Virus record (IMG/VR): IMGVR_UViG_3300045988_183134
Coordinates: 124,565 to 188,564 of that record
Origin: a virus
Strand: one strand, 5' to 3'
DNA length: 64,000 nt
Part shown: positions 44,614-53,029 of the stretch, piece by piece
Numbering within the stretch: the first letter of the stretch is position 1
Layout of the letters: each line of letters starts with the position of its first letter
Notes under the pieces: generated by a model
The model's input: only the letters and a program-made list of their open reading frames with translations
Database searches by the model: none
Told to the model about the DNA's origin: nothing
Made by a program: the position numbers and the translations under genes

Positions 44614-45873
44614 ATGTCTGAGAACCGCAGTTTGAACAGCTTGTTTGCTCGGCTGGATGAATCGAAAGCAAACCGCGCAAATGAAGCAAACCGTGAACAT
44701 GAAAAAGCCGCAGAGGAAGCTGAAAAGGAACGCCAGAAAAAGAAGGTAGAGGAATCCGCTGTTGAGAAGTACCGCGTGTACGATGACGATTACGAGCCGG
44801 AAGTTATGATTCCGAAAGGAAACCCTGGCGCTATGCAGCAGCCTGCCAAGCCGAAGAAGGAAAAGAAGGAAACTAAGGAACAGGAGATGGATGAAATTAC
44901 GGACGGAAATCCGTTTATCAATACTTTGTTCCGCCGCAGCAATAAAACCCAGAGCCCGACAGCTGCCGCCAAGCCCTCTGCGCAACCTGCTGCACCTGCA
45001 CAGCCTGCATCGGCACCGCAGCCTACGCCTGCCGACGTTCCTTCCCTGGACAATGAGCAGGAAGATGACACCCTCGTATTCCAGCACATTCTGGACGGTG
45101 CAAAGAGCCCTGACGCAAATGCCGCTCAGAGCGTTTCTCAGCCCGAAAACGATGGGATTGAAATTGACCTGAGCGATATCGAAAACGACGCTGCAGAGCC
45201 TGTCAAGGGGGATGATGAGCCGATTGAAACCTCTTTGAGCTTCTCTCAGAACGAGCCTGAAGCCCCTGCTGCTCCGGATTCTTTCTCTTCGGAGATTCCG
45301 AACGAACAGTTTGTTATGCCGGATACCATGTCGGATGATGACGGGGCGCAGGGAGAATTGGCTCAGGAAGATGAAGCAGCAGAATGGCCGAGCGGCATGA
45401 GCGCTCCTCATTTCAGCGAGGAAGAAAGCTCTTCCAGCGATGTCAAGCCTGTGGGCGATGAGGAAGCCAATGCTTTCCTGTATGCCCGATTTGACAAGAA
45501 CAATCAGTATGGCGCGTTTGGTCTGTGCATTGATACCGGCAAGAATCTGATTCAGAGCTCTTACAGCGGAGATGCAGGCGATGAAGTGGAATATGCACTG
45601 CGCGGCGCTATCGAGATGTTCCGGATTCTGGAAGAGCATGATATCCATGCTGTGACCGTCTATACGGAGCCGGAACTTTCCAAGGCGATGAAAGAGAACG
45701 CTCGCCGTCTTATTAACGGCAAGTCCGAGATTTGCCGCAAATACATCGAGATGTCCTGGAAGACTATGACTAATATCGGCATTGAGTTTGATACAAACCG
45801 GGATATCCACAGCGAGTATGCACAGCTTGCACTTGCAACGGCTCGTTACCTGGCATATCGTGATGTTGTGTGA
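44614..45873 (+). CDS. Highly acidic hypothetical protein (419 aa)
   Basis: An aaggagg RBS is present. A long low-complexity Asp/Glu/Pro-rich centre is followed by a folded C-terminal domain. Confidence 0.55.
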   Translation: MSENRSLNSLFARLDESKANRANEANREHEKAAEEAEKERQKKKVEESAVEKYRVYDDDYEPEVMIPKGNPGAMQQPAKPKKEKKETKEQEMDEITDGNPFINTLFRRSNKTQSPTAAAKPSAQPAAPAQPASAPQPTPADVPSLDNEQEDDTLVFQHILDGAKSPDANAAQSVSQPENDGIEIDLSDIENDAAEPVKGDDEPIETSLSFSQNEPEAPAAPDSFSSEIPNEQFVMPDTMSDDDGAQGELAQEDEAAEWPSGMSAPHFSEEESSSSDVKPVGDEEANAFLYARFDKNNQYGAFGLCIDTGKNLIQSSYSGDAGDEVEYALRGAIEMFRILEEHDIHAVTVYTEPELSKAMKENARRLINGKSEICRKYIEMSWKTMTNIGIEFDTNRDIHSEYAQLALATARYLAYRDVV

Positions 45874-45891
45874 TAAGGAGGAAAAGGAATT

Positions 45892-46848
45892 ATGAATCCG
45901 TTGGTCATTGCCGTTGATACCGGTAACAAGAACATCAAGACGCCGCATACTGAGCCTTTCAATTCAGGTCTTATCTGCCATGGTGCAATTCCTCCAGCAG
46001 TAAAGTCCGATACGCTTCTCTTTGACGGCAACTATTATACCCTTACTCAGTCTCGTATCCCTTATATGTACAATAAAACGACGGACTGGTCCTATTACGT
46101 TCTGACTCTCATTGCGATTGCCAAAGAGATGATGGCGATGGGATATGTACGTCCTGGCCAGAAGCAGGTAAAGCAGGATGTGTGTCTTGCGATGGGCCTT
46201 CCTCCGACTCACATTCACGACCTTGCTTCGGAGTACGATAAATATTTTGGTCGTGATGGTCGCCGTGTGGTGTTCACTTACAATAATGTGGATTTTGAAA
46301 TCCGCATCGTTCGTGTCATGGTCTTCCCGCAGGGCGTTGCCGCGATTGCACCTTACATGTCCAAAATCATGGCTCGCCCGGAAGCCTATACCTATATCAT
46401 TGATATTGGCGGTTATACCACCGACGTTGTGAAGTTCAGTCGTGGTGGTCAGGTTGATATGGCTTTCTGTGAGAGCTTCAACAACGGCGTTATCAAGATG
46501 TACGATGAGGTTCAACGTGCGGTTCGTAATCGCTTTCAGCTGGATGTGGACGACTATACCATCGACAACATTCTGCGCTGCGGTTACAATCCCGGCAAAG
46601 AACTCAATGATGTGGTTCACACGACCGCTCAGAACTATGCCCACACTCTGATTCGGTCCCTGAAAGAGAAAGGCGTTGACTTGACGCTATCTTATCCCGT
46701 GTTCATCGGCGGCGGCTCTATCTTGATGCGTCCCGTCATTGAGAGCGAACTCGGTCGTGATGATTATCTCTTCATCGACGACCCTCGCGCCAACGCAGTT
46801 GGCTACAAAATGATGGCAGAAAGCAGGTTGGCTGCCGAAAATCGTTGA
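45892..46848 (+). CDS. parM: ParM/StbA-like actin-type plasmid segregation ATPase
   Basis: IAVDTGNKNIKT (phosphate 1), IIDIGGYTTDV (phosphate 2) and VFIGGGSILM (adenosine) are present. Confidence 0.8.
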   Translation: MNPLVIAVDTGNKNIKTPHTEPFNSGLICHGAIPPAVKSDTLLFDGNYYTLTQSRIPYMYNKTTDWSYYVLTLIAIAKEMMAMGYVRPGQKQVKQDVCLAMGLPPTHIHDLASEYDKYFGRDGRRVVFTYNNVDFEIRIVRVMVFPQGVAAIAPYMSKIMARPEAYTYIIDIGGYTTDVVKFSRGGQVDMAFCESFNNGVIKMYDEVQRAVRNRFQLDVDDYTIDNILRCGYNPGKELNDVVHTTAQNYAHTLIRSLKEKGVDLTLSYPVFIGGGSILMRPVIESELGRDDYLFIDDPRANAVGYKMMAESRLAAENR

Positions 46849-46865
46849 TTGCGGGGTGATACACC

Positions 46866-47345
46866 TTGGCATCATCGAAACAAGACAAGGGTAATCAGGT
46901 GAGACTTCCAGTTTCTTTTGACCTCACAGACCCGAAACAGAAGGCGGCTTACGATATTCTGAAAAACGCAGGATATGGAAAGCGGACACCGACTATCGTA
47001 GATGCGCTTTTGAACTCTCTTCAAAGTGTTCCTGAGAGCGTCAGCCTCGAACAACGCCCTTCCTCAACGGAACTCCGAAATGCGATAGAAGAAGCTGTTG
47101 AAACTGCATTGCGCAAGTATCAGCTTTCTGGTTCTGCAGTTCAGACTCCCGAACCGCAAGTTTCGGTCCAAGACGTTGTGGCAAGGAAACCTTCTAAGGC
47201 ACATAAATCCGTGCCTTCTTCATTGCCAAGACAGCCAAAGCCTCTTGAACGTCCCATGGGCAAGCAGATGCCAGAACCGGATAGACCGGCGGCTTCCGAT
47301 GGAAATATGGATGTGCTGCTATCTATGGCGGACGCTTTCTATTAA
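46866..47345 (+). CDS. Possible ParR-like centromere-binding adaptor
   Basis: The call rests on its position directly after parM and a short N-terminal RHH-like segment (VRLPVSFDLTDPKQKAAYDILK). The start is uncertain (46866 or GTG 46899). Confidence 0.35.
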   Translation: MASSKQDKGNQVRLPVSFDLTDPKQKAAYDILKNAGYGKRTPTIVDALLNSLQSVPESVSLEQRPSSTELRNAIEEAVETALRKYQLSGSAVQTPEPQVSVQDVVARKPSKAHKSVPSSLPRQPKPLERPMGKQMPEPDRPAASDGNMDVLLSMADAFY

Positions 47346-47348
47346 ACA

Positions 47349-47396
47349 AAAAGAGCCTCGTACACCAGATAAACTGGATTGTACGGGGCTCTTTTT
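47349..47396. terminator. Bidirectional terminator
   Basis: aaagagcctcgtaca...tgtacggggctcttt is flanked by A and T runs. Confidence 0.6.
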
Positions 47397-47406
47397 GTTT
47401 GTCGAA

Positions 47407-47937
47407 TTACTTGCTTTGCTCTTCTTTGACTTTTTCCTCGTTCTGAAGATTCTGCGCAAAAGCGGTGAGAACTTGCGAGCAGCGGCGTCTTACCATAGCA
47501 GAGGAAGGGCCTTCTTGATTAAGATTGGCGATATCTGCGGCAGCGTTATAAATGATATGTGGGCCGAGAGCTTCGATGGATGCACCAATTTGCATGTAAT
47601 CGGCGAATCTCTCTGCTCTGTTTTTTTCACTCTGAATGTTGATGAGTTCTGAAATGTCGTAGTGGAAAACATAGCAGAACGCCAACACCAACTCGAGCGG
47701 CATCTGCTTTGTGCCTTCCCGAATGTGCTGGATGGTTTTATAAGAGCATGTAGAGCCTAGAAGCGTGTTGTAGAATGTCGTAACATTTAGCCCTGACGCT
47801 ATTCTCTGAGCTTCCATTACAGACAATATCTGTTTCTGAGTTTCTTTGTTCCACGAATCAAGCGGCATCCGAATTTGATTTGCGTATTGAACAACGTTAT
47901 CCATGGAAATGTCTATATCTTGATTTGTCAAACTCAT
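47407..47937 (-). CDS. XRE-like HTH regulator
   Basis: An HTH segment is present (GLNVTTFYNTLLGSTCSYKTIQHIREGTKQMPLELVLAFCYVFHYDISELI). The gene is divergent from an operator-rich intergenic region. Confidence 0.55.
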   Translation of the reverse strand: MSLTNQDIDISMDNVVQYANQIRMPLDSWNKETQKQILSVMEAQRIASGLNVTTFYNTLLGSTCSYKTIQHIREGTKQMPLELVLAFCYVFHYDISELINIQSEKNRAERFADYMQIGASIEALGPHIIYNAAADIANLNQEGPSSAMVRRRCSQVLTAFAQNLQNEEKVKEEQSK

Positions 47938-48116
47938 GCACCTCCTGACAGTATTTCATGGGAGCATACCCCTATATACAGTATATCACAAAGTTGTATG
48001 AAACGCAATTTAATTCAATAGTATCAACAGTTTTGCGACCGCTGTCCATCATATTGCAACGTTCAGAATTTTGCTAGACAACAAGTTGTACATATAATGT
48101 GCTCAAAATTTGGATG

Positions 48117-48181
48117 CACACTATATATTGTGGTCAGATATGCGTTTTTCTATTGCAAACCACTATATATTGTTGTATAAT
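48117..48181 (+). promoter_or_regulatory. Two direct copies of cactatatattgt(g/t)g overlapping a TTGCAA-17-TATAAT promoter
   Basis: The sites lie at 48117-48133 and 48160-48175. The -35 is at 48153-48158 and the -10 at 48176-48181. They are related to the palindrome at 2209-2222. Confidence 0.5.
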
Positions 48182-48382
48182 GCAAATATGATACAAGATA
48201 TAGTGTCCGGGACATTAAAAAGTATTCTTGCGCGTCTGTGCGAATTGGCTATCATTTGAGGTAGTATCCTGTTAAAGATAGCGAGGAACAATGCTTTGAG
48301 CTAAGCCTGAACATCGAAGACAAATCATGGCGACAACGAAACCTGAAATAATAACAATCATTTGAGTCGAGGAAGTGCGTTT

Positions 48383-48880
48383 ATGATATCAAGTAAAAGA
48401 CCTATCGTTGTATACATTGAACAGGCAAGAATCCCGGACGAGACAACAAGCATCACGAGAAGCGAAGTGCCCATCACCGGCGATATCGTGGTCCACCATC
48501 GTATTCAGAACGGAGCCAATAACAAAGCTATGGGTGATGGCTTTTTGAAAGAATTGTATGACGTCCTTAATGGAGCGGTCGGCGAGAACCTGAGATTTGA
48601 AGATGGGGCTTCTGTTTTTGTCTATACTTCCTGTGCAAGAAGCATTGAGAATTATGAGAATTTTGAACGAAATATTCGGTTTGGGTCCGATTTACCAGTA
48701 CATAGTTTCCGAGCGTGCCAGAAAATCTTCAATCTTTGCAAAGAAAATCATTATGATTTGCACATGTCTGAAAATACAATGCTTGGTGAAACCATCAAAA
48801 GCGACGCGAGAGCTGAGCTTTTGAATGTTTTGAGGAAAACAGGGGAGAGGGGGAAAATGAATGATGGCACTGGAAAATAA
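48383..48880 (+). CDS. Hypothetical protein (165 aa)
   Basis: The ATG follows a gaggaag RBS. Confidence 0.5.
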   Translation: MISSKRPIVVYIEQARIPDETTSITRSEVPITGDIVVHHRIQNGANNKAMGDGFLKELYDVLNGAVGENLRFEDGASVFVYTSCARSIENYENFERNIRFGSDLPVHSFRACQKIFNLCKENHYDLHMSENTMLGETIKSDARAELLNVLRKTGERGKMNDGTGK

Positions 48881-49958
48881 TCTGGTTGTGGATTCGGATG
48901 CTGAACTGAAAGCTTTCTTGAGTTCCATCCTGTCCTCGGAGGGAATTGTTGTGAACATCAATCGAACTTTTATTGCCTACAACAACGGCACGAACCGCAA
49001 TAGGGTGTTTGCCCGATGCGCGAACCGGATGGCGCAAAAAGGAACCGATGAAAAATTCGTTGTCATTGCCTTGATGTGCTATCCGGCATTGAACTGGATT
49101 CTCAAAGCACGAGATATCGATGCTATGATTGAACAGCTCCATGATATGGATACGGACGGTTCAGTCCGTAACATCTCGGAGATTCAGTCACTGTTGGAAA
49201 ACAGCACAGGTTACGTAAAGCCTCGTTTACATCTGGAAATGCGTAAACTTTTCTTTGCGAGATGCCAACAGCTGGTGGATGCAGTTGATGATGCAATGAA
49301 TCGGGCGGTATTCCGGAGCGCTCAGCCTTGCAAGCCAGCCCGCATTTCACTGGCAATGGCAATGCTTCGTGGCTCTATTTTGGACAGCGACCCGGTATCT
49401 GCCGTTATGATTCGGAATAACTTTGATGGAATCATCGAAGATATTGCGAAAGTCGGCGGCGAAGCCATCAAGGAACTGGTTCTCCAGTTGGCTCCCAACG
49501 AGGGCATGGTTCAGGGCGCTGAAGCTGCTTATCTCTATCACAACACAGAGGTACTGCTTCGTGAGTATTCCCGCATTACACATCCGTCGAGCGTGGATGG
49601 AAACAGTACCCTGCGCTTGATTGCAACTGCTGGCAATCAGTTGGATGCATCTGACCATAAATCGGATGCACGCTATGCTCAGGCACAGATTCTTTTGCAG
49701 TATGCAAAGTTGATTGGCGGCGCAATCGAGCTGCTGAAACAGTTCCCGGACGGTGACTCGAAACTCTACGATGTGCTGATGCTCGTCGTCAATGAGAAGT
49801 ATGGCCCGAACGGAACCGATGAAGCAACTCTTGCCAAACAAGTAGGAATCAACAGCTCTTACTTTTGCGAAAAGAAACATCGCGCATATACCGCACTCTC
49901 TGCTCTTTTGTGGGGATGCGATATTGAGTCTTTGCTATCTTTGCTTAGCAAGGATTAG
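48861..49958 (+). CDS. Hypothetical protein with a sigma-70 region-4-like C-terminal HTH
   Basis: The C-terminus LYDVLMLVVNEKYGPNGTDEATLAKQVGINSSYFCEKKHRAYTALSALL resembles region 4. The N-terminus is not recognisable. Confidence 0.5.
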   Translation: MMALENNLVVDSDAELKAFLSSILSSEGIVVNINRTFIAYNNGTNRNRVFARCANRMAQKGTDEKFVVIALMCYPALNWILKARDIDAMIEQLHDMDTDGSVRNISEIQSLLENSTGYVKPRLHLEMRKLFFARCQQLVDAVDDAMNRAVFRSAQPCKPARISLAMAMLRGSILDSDPVSAVMIRNNFDGIIEDIAKVGGEAIKELVLQLAPNEGMVQGAEAAYLYHNTEVLLREYSRITHPSSVDGNSTLRLIATAGNQLDASDHKSDARYAQAQILLQYAKLIGGAIELLKQFPDGDSKLYDVLMLVVNEKYGPNGTDEATLAKQVGINSSYFCEKKHRAYTALSALLWGCDIESLLSLLSKD

Positions 49959-49969
49959 TTTTCTGTTAC

Positions 49970-50113
49970 CCAAAATCGAGACTGGAGTTTCGACTAATCG
50001 AATTTCAGCTTGGTTTGGTAAATAACCCATAAGTATGTATTAACCTCGTGTCCCATCATCAGGGATATGGGGTCGATAAAACACACGTAAAATCGAGACT
50101 GTAATTTCGACTA
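49970..50113 (+). repeat. Two 27-nt direct repeats aaaatcgagactg..a.tttcgactaat, 117 bp apart
   Basis: The copies lie at 49970-49996 and 50087-50113 and differ at 2 positions. The second lies about 20 nt before the 50134 gene RBS. Confidence 0.6.
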
Positions 50114-50133
50114 ATGGCAGGAGGTTAGCGAAA

Positions 50134-50583
50134 ATGGCAAGCAACAATGGTTATCTTACACACTGCCGCATCTGCGGTACACCGATTTTCAGCCTGGGGA
50201 ACCGTCAATTTTGCTCTGCGTGCTACGCTCAGAACCGGCGCAATGCAGCACATCGCAGCAATGCGGAAGCCAAAATGAGAAGAGAACAGGCAAAGCGTGA
50301 GGAGGAAAAAATGAAAGCATCTAATAAAACTGTTACTAGCGCACAGGAATTGGCTATGAGAGCAAAGCTCTCTGAAATGGGTGGTATCTCTTACGGGGAA
50401 CTGTCCTTGTGGGAAATGTCTCACGGCCTGGAATTCTCTGCATGGGAACACGAATGGGAAAAGCTCAACGGTGGCACGAATTCTGACGGCACCAAGTTCC
50501 CGGACCATCTGCCGGAAGGGTTCCCGAAGCGCCGTGTTCCGCCGGAGCATCCTTGGGTCCATTCGGCTGCCTGCCATGGCTAA
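50134..50583 (+). CDS. Hypothetical zinc-ribbon protein
   Basis: A ggagg RBS is present. The N-terminus carries CRICG...CSAC. Confidence 0.55.
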   Translation: MASNNGYLTHCRICGTPIFSLGNRQFCSACYAQNRRNAAHRSNAEAKMRREQAKREEEKMKASNKTVTSAQELAMRAKLSEMGGISYGELSLWEMSHGLEFSAWEHEWEKLNGGTNSDGTKFPDHLPEGFPKRRVPPEHPWVHSAACHG

Positions 50584-51058
50584 TCACCGGAAAAAGTATA
50601 AACGGTCTGAGGATTACCGATACCTGTATATCTTGAATCATCCCGGAACTTTTGGAAAGTTCTACATGTGCCCGTATTGTGGACGCATTATGACGCGCAA
50701 TTCGATGCAGGTTGACCATATCATTTCCATCAATCTGGCTAACGAGCATCGGGCGTACCGAATCCTTGTTCCGAACGATGACATCAACAATATCCGAAAT
50801 CTAACGGCTTCTTGCCCTGAATGCAATAACAGGAAATCTGATTCGGGCGGCGGCTGGATATTCCTTGGCCGATTCGGCAAGTACATCTTTATTTTGATTT
50901 GGGCAATTCTTCTTTTGTCTTGCTTAGCTTTTGTCCTATGCTGCATGTCTGGGACTCTTAAACGTGGCTTTTTGATTCCATATGTTGCAGATGTTGCAAA
51001 TGTTTTGCTGCACTGGATTTCCGACACGATTGCTCAAATGTTTCGATTTAATACATAA
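50576..51058 (+). CDS. HNH endonuclease with C-terminal TM segments
   Basis: CPYCG...QVDHIISIN...NLTASCPECNNRKSD is followed by a hydrophobic C-terminus. Confidence 0.7.
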   Translation: MANHRKKYKRSEDYRYLYILNHPGTFGKFYMCPYCGRIMTRNSMQVDHIISINLANEHRAYRILVPNDDINNIRNLTASCPECNNRKSDSGGGWIFLGRFGKYIFILIWAILLLSCLAFVLCCMSGTLKRGFLIPYVADVANVLLHWISDTIAQMFRFNT

Positions 51059-51085
51059 CACCACACAAAAACCGAAAGGAGATAT

Positions 51086-52141
51086 TTGTTCATGGAACCG
51101 AATTCGACTCTGGGCGAGCCTATTGGCGTTGTCCACGTTACTATCAACGGCCAGAAAGTTCCGGCCAATGTCTATGCCGACCGCACCTGCATCATGCCGG
51201 ATGGCACGATTCGAAAGGTCAAACAGGAGGTGGTCGATGCACTGCTTGCAAAGAAACGTGCGGCAGAGATTCCGGCTCAGACTCCTGCACAACAGGCCCC
51301 CGCTGCTCAGCCTTTTATTACCCGCGTTCAGTCTCAGCCTGTTGTTCAGCCCGTGCAGCCTGCCGCACCTCAGCCCGCTGTTCAGACTCCGCAGACCACG
51401 ATGCAGTATGGCGTTTCTGCTCATGGCGTCTCTCCTGCACAAGCTCCTGGATATCAAGTGCCTGTAACGGGTTCTGTTGAACAGCCTTCCCAAGCGACTG
51501 CATCCGTTCCCTATATTCCTGACCCCAATGAACTTCCGGACCAGATGACGGCCACTCGCCAGACAATGGTGGCTCAGGAATTGATGCAGCAGGAAGCAAA
51601 CGAAGCGGCCAAGAAGCGTTTCGGGCTTGGCAAGGGCAAAAAGGAAAAGTCTGCAAGCGGCGTTCACCACGCCGCACCGGCACCGACTCAAGCCACCGCA
51701 GAGCCCGCTCGGCCTTCGCAAAAGAAAAAGAGCAGCAAGGTCATTGCAGCAATTCTGGCAGTTGTCATCGTTGGCGGTGTGGCTGGCTATGCTTTCGTAC
51801 CGTCCGTCTATGATGGTGTAAACGGAGTTCTCACTGCTGTAACCGGACATCAGGTTGGCGTACCTCCTGTATCTGAGAACGGCGATAATGATGTCATCAC
51901 GCCTCAGCCGACCGTCAATCAGCCCGCATCCGGCAGTACCGACACCACTTCCAATGAAGTAAACAAGGTTCTCGGCGATATCGACATGAGCGGCGATGTC
52001 ACCATTGAATTTTACGCCAACGTTAAGACTGCAGATGGCAGAGAATATAAAGTTCCTCTGTCTACCGCAAACCTCACCGATGGCACTCTGACCTCGCTTC
52101 TTGATTCTGGCGGCTATCCGTTGACTCAGAATGCTCAGTAA
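51086..52141 (+). CDS. Pro/Gln-rich membrane-spanning protein
   Basis: It has a low-complexity PAQ-rich centre, one TM helix (VIAAILAVVIVGGVAGYAF) and an extracellular C-terminal domain. Confidence 0.6.
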   Translation: MFMEPNSTLGEPIGVVHVTINGQKVPANVYADRTCIMPDGTIRKVKQEVVDALLAKKRAAEIPAQTPAQQAPAAQPFITRVQSQPVVQPVQPAAPQPAVQTPQTTMQYGVSAHGVSPAQAPGYQVPVTGSVEQPSQATASVPYIPDPNELPDQMTATRQTMVAQELMQQEANEAAKKRFGLGKGKKEKSASGVHHAAPAPTQATAEPARPSQKKKSSKVIAAILAVVIVGGVAGYAFVPSVYDGVNGVLTAVTGHQVGVPPVSENGDNDVITPQPTVNQPASGSTDTTSNEVNKVLGDIDMSGDVTIEFYANVKTADGREYKVPLSTANLTDGTLTSLLDSGGYPLTQNAQ

Positions 52142-52214
52142 TTCGGTATCGGCTTACACATACACTTCAAATAAAGGAGGATAAGCGGGGCTGATGCCGC
52201 TTCTTACAAAATAA

Positions 52215-52855
52215 AGGCCGGGAACCCCCACAACTTTAGTCGTGGGATGAAAGGCATCCAAGTAAAAAAAATGGTTGCTGTCTATCTTCGGATAGGCAGC
52301 TTTTGTTTGCCTGTGCTTGCGAATTGCCTATCATGGATAGTAGAGCCCAAATGAAAGGAGGAGGACTTATGGCTTTCGGAAGCAAAGAGAGCACGCCGTC
52401 ATTTGTGTTGACGCTACCGCTGGATATCAATTCTAACGAGCAAGACTATCTATATAAATACTGAAACTCTAAAATACGATACCGAAGCTCTTAAAGCTGC
52501 TTTTCCTGCATTTTTGAAGATGCATGAAAATACAAAAAAGCGCCTGCAGGAAGCTGAAAGCTATCTTCCCGCAAGCGTTGGGTTCTAAAAATAATAGTTT
52601 TCCGGGGGCCTCGACACGTCCCTCGTGAGAGAGCTGCCTCGCAAGAGGTGAAACTCCACAGGAGGATGCACTCAAAAAGTTGGGAACGCAGACAAGTATG
52701 TTGGTCAACCTGCAAAGGCTGGACGCTCACGAAAAAGTCACACCCGTGGCTTTTTGTGGGAAACCGCATAACTCGCTGCCTGGTGTGATGCATGGTGATA
52801 AGCCTTGCGGCTGCCGCCCAGGAATCCCACAGTTTCAATCGTGGGAGGGTGTCAA
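52215..52855 (+). mobile_element. Internally deleted (non-autonomous) derivative of the 579-aa-type TnpB element
   Basis: It has a left-end hairpin at 52226-52246, the first 20-30 codons (MAFGSKESTPSFVLTLPL) and last roughly 35 codons (...RLQEAESYLPASVGF) of tnpB, a full-length RNA region and the right end at 52821-52855. Confidence 0.65.
52369..52588 (+). pseudogene. tnpB: tnpB remnant (N- and C-terminal codons only)
   Basis: The codons align to residues 1-20 and about 545-579 of the 19201-20940 product. A stop follows codon 31. Confidence 0.7.
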
Positions 52856-52875
52856 CGACAAGTAAAGAATGCAGC
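52589..52875 (+). ncRNA. Retained omega-RNA region plus putative guide of the deleted element
   Basis: The length (about 267 nt) and conserved blocks match 20941-21220. Confidence 0.45.
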
Positions 52876-52879
52876 AGTC

Positions 52880-53029
52880 AACTACCCCCACCTAAACGTG
52901 GGGGCTTGAAGTCCCGCAGGACTCCATAAATTCATACTCGACGGACTGTTAGGCACGGTTTCCGTCCGTGCGACCGAGTACAGTATGCTTTCACCGCCGT
53001 TGCAAGCGGCATAGCGGGGGCGGAATGGA
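52880..53029 (-). ncRNA. Predicted omega-RNA region of the 381-aa TnpB
   Basis: A GC-rich structured roughly 150 nt lies between the tnpB stop and the end hairpin (for example cggacggaaaccgtgcc and gcggcggtg...ccgccgttgc pairings). Confidence 0.45.

Noticed and set aside
44614-45873. An RNase H-like or anti-restriction (DNA mimic) assignment for the acidic 419-aa protein
   Set aside because: The acidic region is low-complexity rather than ArdA-like. The C-terminal segment lacks a convincing D-E-D-D set, so the evidence is too weak to call.
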